A stretch of DNA of 64,000 bases from Candidatus Bathyarchaeota archaeon. Lineage in GTDB: Archaea > Thermoproteota > Bathyarchaeia > Bathyarchaeales > Bathycorpusculaceae. The notes beneath the pieces were generated by a model. That model had not been told where the DNA came from and did no database searches. It worked only from the letters and a program-made list of their open reading frames with translations. Both the position numbers and the translations under genes were made by a program. The number at the start of each line of letters is the position of its first letter. Positions within the stretch are counted from its first letter, which is position 1. Location of the stretch: the NCBI GenBank assembly GCA_963707955.1, contig OY970176.1:128001-192000 (forward strand). The letters are read 5' to 3'. Positions 1-8,974 of this stretch are shown here, piece by piece.

Positions 1-2
1 GG

Positions 3-1046
3 TCGTCAATCGCGGGCTGGATTGCGCCCAAGTATGGAAACTTGTCCTTGCTCGCACGCGGCGAGACTCTTGAGGTCATTAAGAACCGGGGACTGAAGTC
101 TTACTTGAAAGGAGGGAGATTAACCGCAGCAGCGTTGCCTGTGCATGGCATAGGGTCGCTGGTCGAGATCGCACTGCCTGATGTCATCGTTATCACTGTG
201 AAGAATTACGACCTTGACACCACCTCCCACGGCCTGAGGGCACATCTGGGAGATCATGAACCCATCGTCGTAGCTTTGCAGAACGGCGTCCAGAACCAGC
301 AAGTTCTCCCCAGATACTTCGGCAGAGTAGTTTATGGCGTTGTCTGTTACAACGCTTGGCGGGATGGTCCTGGAGAAGTGGGACACGAGCCTCGGGGTTA
401 TGTCATTCTGGGCACGCCTGCAAATGACCTACAAGACGAGGCGCAAGCGGTTGCGAGGATCTTTGGGTTGGGCTTGGACTGCGTGACCACGGATCGCTTG
501 CAAGACGCAGTCCACTGTAAATTGGTGATCAACCTTGCGAATGCTTTGATGACGCTCGTGGGGTTTCAGAGGCGCCCAATCGGGTCCTTCAACCTCTTGG
601 TGCGTATGACGTTGAAGCTGTTTTGGGAAGGCATCCAGCTTCTTCAAGCAGCCGGGTTCCATGAACACTCTCTAGGGCCGATTCCGTCGTGGAGATCCAT
701 CAAGATGGGGGCCACGCTGCCAGCCTTCATGATGGGCGCCCTGTATAGGCTTAACACAAAAAGGCTCGGTCTGAACAGCATGGCTCAAGACGTTTTCGGA
801 GGCAGGACTACCACGGAATTGGAAACGCTGAACGGGTACATGCTGGACCTTGCCCGGCGAGCGGGATTCTCCACACCGATTAACGAAACCATTTACGAGG
901 TCGCGAAAGAGCGCTTTGGCCCGAATTTTCAGCCCATCTCTGAGCAGGAGTTGTGGGGTATGATTGAGCGAAAAGTGCGCCGGATGAAATCGAAGGGCAA
1001 CCTACAAAGCACAGCGCGATCTCTGCAGTCTTTAGCGTGCTTCTAA
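3..1046 (+). CDS. Ketopantoate reductase (PanE/ApbA)-family oxidoreductase, 5'-truncated by the window edge
   Basis: Frame is open from position 3 (SSIAGWIAPKYGNLSLLARG), the tail of a Rossmann GxGxxG helix. Motifs TVK.YD, LQNG, KLVIN, SMAQD and TE..LNG match PanE/ApbA. Confidence 0.8.
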   Translation, partial: SSIAGWIAPKYGNLSLLARGETLEVIKNRGLKSYLKGGRLTAAALPVHGIGSLVEIALPDVIVITVKNYDLDTTSHGLRAHLGDHEPIVVALQNGVQNQQVLPRYFGRVVYGVVCYNAWRDGPGEVGHEPRGYVILGTPANDLQDEAQAVARIFGLGLDCVTTDRLQDAVHCKLVINLANALMTLVGFQRRPIGSFNLLVRMTLKLFWEGIQLLQAAGFHEHSLGPIPSWRSIKMGATLPAFMMGALYRLNTKRLGLNSMAQDVFGGRTTTELETLNGYMLDLARRAGFSTPINETIYEVAKERFGPNFQPISEQELWGMIERKVRRMKSKGNLQSTARSLQSLACF

Positions 1047-1966
1047 CGGTTTTCCATTGCGTCTGCGATTATCAGATAGAAGGCTGCTAGTCCTTTCCAT
1101 TTTCCCCATTTCTCGGCGACTTTGCGAGCTTCTGTGCCTGAGATTTTTTTGTCGTGGCAGTAGTGGTGGGAAATGATTCTTCTCAAGCCCAGGTCATCAG
1201 CGGGGACAACGTCAAGCTTGCCCATTCCTCTGGCTATAGTGAGTTCAGCCGTCCAGACTCCTATTCCGCGTATCTTGTCGAGTTCGCTGATGATCTTTTG
1301 GGCATCATCGTAGCGTTTGAAACCCTCCAAGTCCAGCTTTCCGTCGGCAATCATCTTGGAAACCTCGTTGACGTACTCCGCTTTCTTCTGAGACAAGCCG
1401 CATCTGCGCAGTTGTTCAGGCTTTACAGAAGCCAGCTCCCGTGGCGTTGGATAAGCATAATACTCTTCGCCATCCAATCTGAGTGTCTTGCCGAAGGCTT
1501 TGACCAGTTTTGTCTCTAGAACGTGTGCTACGTTGAGCGAGATCTGCTGTTCGGTGATCGAGTCGATTAGAGCTTCAAAGACATTAGGCGTAGTAGGGAT
1601 TTTCAGCCCTCTCAACCTGTGGACGATGTGTGCAAGGACTTCGTCTTTCTTGGCGTGTTCGTAGAAGGGTTTGAGGTCCAAATCGATGTTAAGCAGGCCA
1701 CTCACCGTCTGTTTGGCGGCTGTTTTGTCGGCCTCCGATATGCTTTGATCTGATCTCAATTCAACTGATATTTTCGGGTCGTCTACGGTTCCTAACGCTT
1801 TCATGGTGGCGAGAATCAGCCTATCGTCGACTCGTACGATTTGCCAGAATTTTCCGTTTTCATACTTGCGGATGTTTCTGTCACCGTTAGAAAAGATGAT
1901 GGCGCTCAGGTTGAAATCAAAGGGTGGTGCGCACTTCAGAGTCAATGTTTCGGTGTGGGCCAACAT
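1043..1966 (-). CDS. alkA: DNA-3-methyladenine glycosylase II (AlkA family, HhH-GPD)
   Basis: FEALIDSITEQQIS, YPTP, GLSQKKAEY, HhH IRGIGVWTAE, PADDLG. Confidence 0.9.
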   Translation of the reverse strand: MLAHTETLTLKCAPPFDFNLSAIIFSNGDRNIRKYENGKFWQIVRVDDRLILATMKALGTVDDPKISVELRSDQSISEADKTAAKQTVSGLLNIDLDLKPFYEHAKKDEVLAHIVHRLRGLKIPTTPNVFEALIDSITEQQISLNVAHVLETKLVKAFGKTLRLDGEEYYAYPTPRELASVKPEQLRRCGLSQKKAEYVNEVSKMIADGKLDLEGFKRYDDAQKIISELDKIRGIGVWTAELTIARGMGKLDVVPADDLGLRRIISHHYCHDKKISGTEARKVAEKWGKWKGLAAFYLIIADAMENR

Positions 1967-2081
1967 GGTTCTCCTGCGGAGATTTGCCTACTCTTTTCAG
2001 ATTCATGTTAAAAAGGCTGCCCCTAGGACGTTTTCGCGAGGCCGCAAGGCAAAAATCAGTGATTGGCTAACCTAATCAGTT

Positions 2082-2912
2082 ATGAGACCTGATTATCAAA
2101 TAGTGTTTCTCGGGACGGGTGGCGGCCGGTTTGTGACAATGACGCAGAGGCGACGCACTGCCGGTATTCGGATCATTGGTGATGGACTGAATTTACACTT
2201 GGACCCTGGTCCCGGGGCGCTTGTGCATTCGATAGAGGAAGGGCTTAGCCCTCAGCGTATCAACGCTGTGCTTGTTTCACATTGCCATCCGGACCATTAC
2301 ACCGATGCGGAGATGCTGATTGAAGCAATGACGAGAGGTATGACTCGAAGACAAGGCTTGCTTGCTGCGCCTAAGAGTGTTTTGGAGGGCAGCGACGCGT
2401 GTGAGGTTTCGATCTCCAGGTATCATCAGCAAATGGTCGGACAAAAAATAGAAGTGGCGCCAGGGCTGAAGTTCGAAGTTGGTAACATCACCGTCTCAAC
2501 TACTGAAGCGAGGCACACTGATCCTGACGCAGTCGGTTTCAGGTTTGAAACTGGGCTCGGGGATTTCGCCTACACGAGCGACACGGAATATTATGAAGGC
2601 ATAGCCAAATATTATCAGGGACTCCGTCTGTTGGCTCTGTGCGTCATGAGACCTTCAGGGAAACCTTGGAAGGGCCACATGTCCACAGAAGACGCGATAA
2701 GAATTGTTGATGAAACTCATCCTGAGCAGGCTGTCCTGACGCATCTTGGGATGAGCATGCTTCTTCGGGGACCCGAAAAAGAGGCAATGCTGATTCAGGA
2801 GAAGACAGGTGTTCCAGCAATCTCTGCGGTGGACGGCATGGTCGTTCTTTTCGGCGAAAGCATCAAGATGGAGACAGGAAAGGGTCAGAAGGACCTGACA
2901 GGTTTTTTGTGA
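2082..2912 (+). CDS. MBL-fold metallo-hydrolase with C-terminal PIP-like motif
   Basis: FLGTGGG, DPGPG, HxHxDH (SHCHPDH), SDT, GH, THLG; ends QKDLTGFL. Confidence 0.85.
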   Translation: MRPDYQIVFLGTGGGRFVTMTQRRRTAGIRIIGDGLNLHLDPGPGALVHSIEEGLSPQRINAVLVSHCHPDHYTDAEMLIEAMTRGMTRRQGLLAAPKSVLEGSDACEVSISRYHQQMVGQKIEVAPGLKFEVGNITVSTTEARHTDPDAVGFRFETGLGDFAYTSDTEYYEGIAKYYQGLRLLALCVMRPSGKPWKGHMSTEDAIRIVDETHPEQAVLTHLGMSMLLRGPEKEAMLIQEKTGVPAISAVDGMVVLFGESIKMETGKGQKDLTGFL

Positions 2913-2964
2913 AGGATTTTTAACTCGCACCGCTTCATAGTTAGGCGTGAAGGATGTAAGGTCC

Positions 2965-3639
2965 ATGCGAATCGTGCTGCGAATAGGCGGTTCCATCGTT
3001 GCTTCGCCAATTAACCCGGTCTTAATACGCGAGTACGCTAATCTCTTGAGGGAATTGAAAGCGCAGAAGCATGAGTTGGTCGTTGTTGTCGGCGGTGGAA
3101 ACTTGGCGAGAGAGTTGATTGCTGTTGCTAAGGACGTCGGACTTGACGAACCAGCTCAGGACGAAATCGGGATTTCCATCTCAAGAGCCTTCGCCCAGCT
3201 TCTCATGAAAAAACTGGGCACCCTTAGCTGTGAAAGGGTTCCGCTGACGGTGGAGGACGCTGCAGAATGTCTCGCTAAGGGAAAGGTCGCCATCATGGGT
3301 GGTTTGAAGCCCGGCATGACAACCGACACGGTTGCAGCGATGGTCGCCGAGAGAGTGAAAGCCGACCTGCTGCTGAAAGCAACGGATCAAGAAGGTGTCT
3401 ATGATAAAGACCCAAGGAACCACCCAGATGCGGTGAAGCTAGATCATCTGAGCTTTGAAGACTTGGCGAGAGTGTTCTCCCAAGGCAAGCACGCGGCTGG
3501 TATTCATCAGATAATCGACCCCGAAGCCGTCAAGATTCTGAAGCGTCATCACGTTAGGGTTGCAGTTGTCAACGGGTTCAAAATCGAGAATGTCTTAATG
3601 GTCATCAAAGGAAAACATGTTGGCACATTGATTGACTAG
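2965..3639 (+). CDS. pyrH: UMP kinase
   Basis: [26 protein letters not shown]; ATG at 2965 chosen as start. Confidence 0.92.
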   Translation: MRIVLRIGGSIVASPINPVLIREYANLLRELKAQKHELVVVVGGGNLARELIAVAKDVGLDEPAQDEIGISISRAFAQLLMKKLGTLSCERVPLTVEDAAECLAKGKVAIMGGLKPGMTTDTVAAMVAERVKADLLLKATDQEGVYDKDPRNHPDAVKLDHLSFEDLARVFSQGKHAAGIHQIIDPEAVKILKRHHVRVAVVNGFKIENVLMVIKGKHVGTLID

Positions 3640-3805
3640 GCAAAATTCCTGTTCTCTTTCCAACAGGCTTGGCCGTCACTGTTTATGAGTCTGCGTAGAG
3701 ATATCAGTGCGCATTCGGGGCTATCCGAAATGGCGACGCAAAAACTTAAGGCCGTAGAAGCGCTGAAAACCTGTGGAAGAGCTGTGCGCAGGAGGTTTCA
3801 AAGGT

Positions 3806-4258
3806 TTGAGTAGACTTTACCCGAACCGGCCGATTGTGGGCGTCGGCGCAATTATCATACAGAATGGTAAGATTCTGCTCGAGAAGAGGAAAAATGACCC
3901 AGGAAGGGGCAAGTGGAGCATTCCTGGGGGCTTAGTGGAACTGGGTGAAAGTCTCGAAGAGACCGTGATAAGAGAGGTCCAAGAAGAGACTGGCCTCGTG
4001 GTTGATGCGCCTAAACTTATCGATGTTGTCAGCCAAGCTACTTTAGACGAAAGCGGTAAGGTGAAGTATCACTTCGTAATAGTCGACTACCTCGTCAAGC
4101 TTAAGGGCGGAACGGTTAGAGCCGCAAGTGACGCTGCAGAACTTGAGTGGGTCCCGTTTGACGAAGTTGAACAGAAGGATCTTATAAGAAGTTTCAGAGG
4201 CTTTTTCGAGAAGAACAGGAAGAGACTAGAGAAGATGATTTCTTCTTCCGGAGAATGA
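3806..4258 (+). CDS. NUDIX hydrolase (ADP-ribose pyrophosphatase-like)
   Basis: Nudix box GGLVELGESLEETVIREVQEETG; TTG start after GGAGG at 3791-3795. Confidence 0.9.
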   Translation: MSRLYPNRPIVGVGAIIIQNGKILLEKRKNDPGRGKWSIPGGLVELGESLEETVIREVQEETGLVVDAPKLIDVVSQATLDESGKVKYHFVIVDYLVKLKGGTVRAASDAAELEWVPFDEVEQKDLIRSFRGFFEKNRKRLEKMISSSGE

Positions 4259-4291
4259 CCAATGCTTATGCGATGTGCGATCATTAGTCAA

Positions 4292-5743
4292 TCATTCGAA
4301 GAAAAGTCTCGTTTCTCCCATGGTTTTCACATCCATTGCTTTGATTTTAGCAACGATCGGAAAGTCTCTCACTGCTTTTCCGAGGACGAGACAATTGTGC
4401 GGTGGCAGGTCTCTGGCTATTGATCTCACCGTTTCTGCATCTACTCTCGAAGCTCTTGAAACGACGTCCAAATCATGCTCGTTCGTGAAGTTGAAGAGGA
4501 ATATGTTGTCTGCTTGACGATAGATGTTTTCCCTTATCGTGTCAGGTTGATTGGTTATGAATGTTGTGAAGATGCCGAAATGGCGCATGCGTGTGACGAT
4601 GTCGTCCCAATAAGTCTCACGTAAGTAGAGGTGGGCTTCTTCTGCGAAGAGGAACACCGCCTTGAGCTTCCAGTTCGTCAGGGATTCAACGAGTCTTCCA
4701 AGAATGTGCTCGACGACTATCTGCCGGTCAATCGTCGAAGTGTTCCGCAGGTTTATGACTATGGCACCACCTTCTTCTTTTGCCTTCAGCAAGGATTCTT
4801 CTAGTAAAGCGGCCTCAGCAAGGTTGTCTGTGAAAAAGCCCGAGTTTACTAACGTGTGGTATCGTGAGAACAGTGCGTCGCGAACGTGTTGGTTGCAGTT
4901 GCAATTACGTATCGCTTCTCCTAAGTCATGCAATGTCAGGCTGTCTCTCTGTTTCAGTTCTTTCCATATGTGTCTAAATTCACGAGCAGATGTGCCTGGG
5001 AGATGAAGCGCGTGAACAAGGATGCCGAGTAAGACGTGTAAGCTCATCTGTTTCAGGGCTACCTTGAAGTTTTGTGAAGGCGTTAAAACGTGTATCTTGT
5101 CATGGTTGGTGTTTCTTTTGCCTTCAGATGTTATCCCCAGGCTGAGGTACTCACCGTTCAAGTCGAAGACGACGACTGTGGCCTTGTAGCCCAGCAGGTT
5201 TATCATCAACAGCTTGGACAGGTGGGATTTGCCTGTTTCCTTTTTTCCTGTTATGATGTTCAGTCTTCCATCTAGTGATGTGGCGTCTATCGTTAGAAGT
5301 GAGGAGTCTTTCATGGCGCCCAGGACTATTGGGAGTTTTCCGCTTATCTTGGCGAGCTTGAGCAGTGTCGAGATCGGTAGTTTTTTTATTGTCGATTGTG
5401 AGCGTGAGGGAAGCCAAGAGCTACTCGGGTTCAAGCTGTCGTTCTCGACGGTTGCTCTGATCTTGCAGATGAGCAGGCTGGCGTCTTGAATGTAGGTGAT
5501 GTGTGGAGCAATTTCAAGAGGATCAATGTCCTCGCCTTGAAGCAGTTCTCCACCGTCTGGCAGACTGCGAAGAAGCTCTTCTAGGACGCCTGGAACTGCG
5601 GCAAATTGCACGTCGATTACCTGCGCGATCAGGGCTCTTCTTGCTTCTTCGTCTTGAACGAGCAAGTAATCTCCTTTTTCGACGGTTTCGTTCGGGAAAC
5701 TCAGAACGTAGATCGCATTGCCCTCTTTTTTGTAGAGCTTCAT
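4292..5743 (-). CDS. herA: HerA-family ATPase/translocase (divergent)
   Basis: N-terminal HAS-barrel-like region, Walker A GKKETGKS, FDLNGEY, Walker B FAEEAH, MRHFG arginine-finger region. Start at MKLYKK (5743), directly after nurA. Confidence 0.8.
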   Translation of the reverse strand: MKLYKKEGNAIYVLSFPNETVEKGDYLLVQDEEARRALIAQVIDVQFAAVPGVLEELLRSLPDGGELLQGEDIDPLEIAPHITYIQDASLLICKIRATVENDSLNPSSSWLPSRSQSTIKKLPISTLLKLAKISGKLPIVLGAMKDSSLLTIDATSLDGRLNIITGKKETGKSHLSKLLMINLLGYKATVVVFDLNGEYLSLGITSEGKRNTNHDKIHVLTPSQNFKVALKQMSLHVLLGILVHALHLPGTSAREFRHIWKELKQRDSLTLHDLGEAIRNCNCNQHVRDALFSRYHTLVNSGFFTDNLAEAALLEESLLKAKEEGGAIVINLRNTSTIDRQIVVEHILGRLVESLTNWKLKAVFLFAEEAHLYLRETYWDDIVTRMRHFGIFTTFITNQPDTIRENIYRQADNIFLFNFTNEHDLDVVSRASRVDAETVRSIARDLPPHNCLVLGKAVRDFPIVAKIKAMDVKTMGETRLFFE

Positions 5744-5745
5744 GG

Positions 5746-6822
5746 TTAGCTCTCTCCTTTGCCGAAGGGTCCGAACAGAAGTTTGTGCATGTCTGGTCTG
5801 TTGATGATCTGAAGCCCGCATTTGCGCGTGATGAAGTGCTGCATTGCTAGCACTTCGTTGGCTGTGAATGTGCACAGGATGTGAGCTAACCGGAGGGTTT
5901 CAGGGTAGCTCTGCGAGATCAGGTCGTTGCCTAGTAGTCTCTCAACTGCTTCGACTCTCAGCTCGTGAGGAACCTCTGTGTCGATGTCGAGTCTGAAGGC
6001 ACAGTTTCCACTGCTTAACTTGGCAACGTAGACTTCTCCCAACGGAACCATTGGAGGCTTGAGTCTAAAACCGATGGTCTCAACCAGGTATGGAGGTCTT
6101 TGTTCGAACGTGAGATCTGTTATGAGGGAACCGTTGACTCTGAGGTTTGTCATTTTTGAAAAAGCCAAGATAACATTGCCTCTTTCCCTTCCGTCTTTCA
6201 GGATTTCTTTCATGCGACGTGTCGGCGTGTCTGCTGTTCCAGCGGTTAAGGAGCCGTCGAAAAGGATCAGTCCGTTGTTCAGGGTTTTTGTGAGCATCGC
6301 TTGTAACCATCTTTCGAGGAGGTTTGCTATTCGTGTCGGCATCTGCAAGAGGCTCGGCGCGCTTTGGTGGCCTGGTTCCCGTGTAGAAGCTAAATATGCT
6401 CTTTCCAGGGTGTTGTAGACTTCCCTTTTGTTTTCTTCCGTCACCTGAAAGATGAATGGGCCTATTCGAGTGTACCTGTAGTTTTCTCTCTGTTTCCAGA
6501 CATTTGCGCCTCTGACGGCTATCACTATTCCTGCGCATGTTTCGGCAATCTTCATGGTTGACGTGTCTACTGCTGCAACAACAGTTTGTTCATGTCGGGG
6601 TTTGAGGAGCATGGGTTCAAGTTTAAGCTTTAGTGTTTCAACGGTTTCCTCTGTGCTGACTTGTTGAATTAATTGCTCCTTTTGTTGAAAGTAGTGATTG
6701 TGTCGGTAACCTAACGAATATAAACTAAGTGTGGTGAACTGGTGTGGGAGCGTGGTGTCCATTGCAGGTTGTGGAAAGTTATATTTTGGTGTTGTTGCAA
6801 TAGGGTATTGTGCAATCACCAA
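5746..6822 (-). CDS. nurA: NurA-family nuclease
   Basis: AAVDTS, ILFDGSL, AFSK, FRLDI and YPETLRLAH match the NurA RNase H-fold motifs; adjacent to herA; start uncertain. Confidence 0.8.
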   Translation of the reverse strand: MVIAQYPIATTPKYNFPQPAMDTTLPHQFTTLSLYSLGYRHNHYFQQKEQLIQQVSTEETVETLKLKLEPMLLKPRHEQTVVAAVDTSTMKIAETCAGIVIAVRGANVWKQRENYRYTRIGPFIFQVTEENKREVYNTLERAYLASTREPGHQSAPSLLQMPTRIANLLERWLQAMLTKTLNNGLILFDGSLTAGTADTPTRRMKEILKDGRERGNVILAFSKMTNLRVNGSLITDLTFEQRPPYLVETIGFRLKPPMVPLGEVYVAKLSSGNCAFRLDIDTEVPHELRVEAVERLLGNDLISQSYPETLRLAHILCTFTANEVLAMQHFITRKCGLQIINRPDMHKLLFGPFGKGES

Positions 6823-6862
6823 GATTCACCAATAGCCAATTGTTTGAGGAGGACATATTTAA

Positions 6863-6891
6863 GTGTTGTGCATGTACAAGATGTACAACAC
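6863..6891. promoter_or_regulatory. Palindromic operator candidate in the nurA / wHTH-A divergent promoter
   Basis: GTGTTGTGCAT-N7-ATGTACAACAC (10/11 inverted repeat) immediately downstream of TATA-like ATTTAA (6857-6862). Confidence 0.5.
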
Positions 6892-6912
6892 AATAAACAA
6901 CAAGGTGAGCCA

Positions 6913-7314
6913 TTGACGGAGACAGAAGCAAAACAGCCGATACGGTTAAAGATGAAGATAGGTGAAATAGAGTTCGAGATTGAGTGCCAAGAAGATCAGC
7001 TGCAGACAACCGTAGACAAGATTCTCTCAACTGTGACTGAGAGGTTGAGAGAAACTCCTCTAATGATGGAGAGGTCCGCCCAGCCGCCAAGGGCTGAAAC
7101 CTGCAAGGGCATAATTCAGAAACTGTGGGAGGAAGGCTGGTTCGCAGTTGCCAAGGGCCTAAGCGAGGTGCACAGCGAGTTGGCAAGACGGGGCTTCCAC
7201 TATGACCGGACCGCGGTCGCCCATGCCCTGATCGACTTGGTCAAGGACGGCGTCTTGACGAGAGAAGGAAAACCCCGCAGGTACCAATACGCTCAAAAAA
7301 GACCGGCTTCCTAA
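6913..7314 (+). CDS. Hairpin + C-terminal winged-helix protein A
   Basis: TTG start after SD AGGTGA (6903-6908). N-terminus RLKMKIGEIEFEIE; C-terminus LSEVHSELARRG..AVAHALIDLVKDGVLTREG..YQY is wHTH-like. Confidence 0.75.
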   Translation: MTETEAKQPIRLKMKIGEIEFEIECQEDQLQTTVDKILSTVTERLRETPLMMERSAQPPRAETCKGIIQKLWEEGWFAVAKGLSEVHSELARRGFHYDRTAVAHALIDLVKDGVLTREGKPRRYQYAQKRPAS

Positions 7315-7333
7315 ACGATCTGCAATTGTATTG

Positions 7334-7852
7334 CTAGGCTAGAATGCCAGTTCTTGCCTTGATTCTTGGTAGAATGTCTTTTTGAAGCTGAACTAGGCCA
7401 AAGGTTGTGATCTTGTAAGTGTCGTCAGGGGTTTTCGTCACCATCTCGTTTTTTACGAGTTCGCCCAATCGTGTGCTCGTTATTTTTGCGTCTTTTCCGA
7501 GTTTTGCTTGGAGTTCTTCCTTGGAAAGACCATCGACTTGGGTCTTGCCCATTCGGCGTCCCATATGATTAGCTAGAAGCAGCAAGGCGAGAGTCTCGTT
7601 GTCCGTCAACTTGTTTCTTGGCACGAGTATGTAGGGGCCCTCTTCTGCAAAGGCCAAGACTTTCTCGCTGTCCTTAGCTAGGGTTTTCAGGTCAACGCTT
7701 AACGTCAGTTTTCTTGCAATTTCAAACGAAGGAAGTAGCTCGCCAAAGAATTTGTTCAGTAGCAACCAAACTTCTTCTGGGTTCCCTGAGAGTGTTTTTT
7801 CAACGTCCTTGTACCTGATGTGAACCATCAAGCTGCTTGGTTCTTCACTCAA
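7334..7852 (-). CDS. Hairpin + winged-helix protein B
   Basis: N-terminus HIRYKDVEKTLSG; C-terminus LSKEELQAKLG..TSTRLGELVKNEMV..YKITTFG is wHTH-like. Confidence 0.75.
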   Translation of the reverse strand: MSEEPSSLMVHIRYKDVEKTLSGNPEEVWLLLNKFFGELLPSFEIARKLTLSVDLKTLAKDSEKVLAFAEEGPYILVPRNKLTDNETLALLLLANHMGRRMGKTQVDGLSKEELQAKLGKDAKITSTRLGELVKNEMVTKTPDDTYKITTFGLVQLQKDILPRIKARTGILA

Positions 7853-8319
7853 CCGATCTTACCCCTGAGCTTGGCTAGGACTTCGTTTTCAACCCATCTG
7901 TCGCCTTGAATCGTGAGCTTAAATTCAGGTCTGTTGGGATCTGGTTTGAACACTTGCCCTCGCTTCGTCATTTCGTTTAGTCGAGCTGGGACCATGCATT
8001 TTATTCCGCTTGACTCTAGAAGCTTCGTTGTCTGCGCCGCAGTGTTCTTCTTCCCTTCTGAAGCATACAATGTCAAGCCTATCGCTTCATAGTGTGTTAG
8101 GTTTTCGTGGGCTACTATTACAGGCCCCTCTGTTGTGGATTCAACGATACCTTTCAGTTGAACCCCTGACGGAATCAAACGGCTTGAGACAAGGTCAGAC
8201 ACTTTTTGCATGAAATTGTCTGGAAAGTTCTCGAGTATCTTGAGGACTTCTTGGGGGTTCTCGCCCTCAACTATGATTTCACCGAAGGGCGTTTTGATTC
8301 GTGCTTCAACCCTGTTCAT
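7849..8319 (-). CDS. Hairpin + winged-helix protein C
   Basis: N-terminus RIKTPFGEIIVEG; C-terminus PARLNEMTKRGQV..FKLTIQG; 4-nt overlaps with both neighbours. Confidence 0.75.
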   Translation of the reverse strand: MNRVEARIKTPFGEIIVEGENPQEVLKILENFPDNFMQKVSDLVSSRLIPSGVQLKGIVESTTEGPVIVAHENLTHYEAIGLTLYASEGKKNTAAQTTKLLESSGIKCMVPARLNEMTKRGQVFKPDPNRPEFKLTIQGDRWVENEVLAKLRGKIG

Positions 8320-8816
8320 TCAGCGTCTCCTCGTGAACGTAGAGCTTCTTTTTCAGCGAGGATGTATACGTAGCCGGTGTTGGTGCTCCAACGTCTGATC
8401 TTTTCTTTCTTGACTAGCTCCATCAGGACCGCTGCGAGCGTGCGCACTGAGTGTTCCAGTTCATTTGCCTTTAATGCTTCGCTTAGCTCGTCGATCGTGC
8501 GTGGGCGCCACTTTCCCCAATCGGTTTCGAGAATTTTTAAGAGTGCCTCATCGAGTTTTGCCGTATACGATATCTGTGGGTATTGTTGGGATGGAGGTCT
8601 TTCTGCGTTGGGAGCCCCAGTCTTGACGGTTAGTGTTGCCACCTTCTTAGGTTTCACTTTTTCAAATGCCTTGTCGATGTCGCTTATCAGGCTCGGCAAG
8701 GCTTTCATCGTATCAAGAACTTGTTCGTAGGCCCCGGTGACCTCGACCTCATAGTCCCCCATCTTCACTCGAAGGGCAAAACTTCCACTGGTTTTTCTCG
8801 GTTTCTTCTGCTGCAA
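8316..8816 (-). CDS. Hairpin + winged-helix protein D
   Basis: N-terminus RVKMGDYEVEVTG; C-terminus PRTIDELSEAL..LAAVLMELVKKEKIRR..YVY. Confidence 0.75.
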   Translation of the reverse strand: MQQKKPRKTSGSFALRVKMGDYEVEVTGAYEQVLDTMKALPSLISDIDKAFEKVKPKKVATLTVKTGAPNAERPPSQQYPQISYTAKLDEALLKILETDWGKWRPRTIDELSEALKANELEHSVRTLAAVLMELVKKEKIRRWSTNTGYVYILAEKEALRSRGDAE

Positions 8817-8909
8817 ACCTATCCCAAGATATAGGAAAGTGACAACTCCTTTTAGGATTTGCGCATTTGGACATGTTACGATTTTCGATATATGTTGCAG
8901 GTGGGAAGC

Positions 8910-8949
8910 ATTGTATTAAATATTAAGATACAATAGTTGACGTTGTATC
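8910..8949. promoter_or_regulatory. Overlapping inverted repeats (TTGTAT/ATACAA half-sites) over a TATA-like box
   Basis: ATTGTAT-N11-ATACAAT (8910-8934) and GATACAA-N9-TTGTATC (8927-8949). Confidence 0.45.
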
Positions 8950-8974
8950 GCCTTCTCAAAGATGGTGAAAATCC

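Noticed and set aside
4292-5875. Long N-terminal extensions from the ORF track (herA, 6742, 25743, 26903, 47771, 63117)
   Set aside because: They overlap neighbouring genes or promoters; downstream starts fit SD positions and domain boundaries better.
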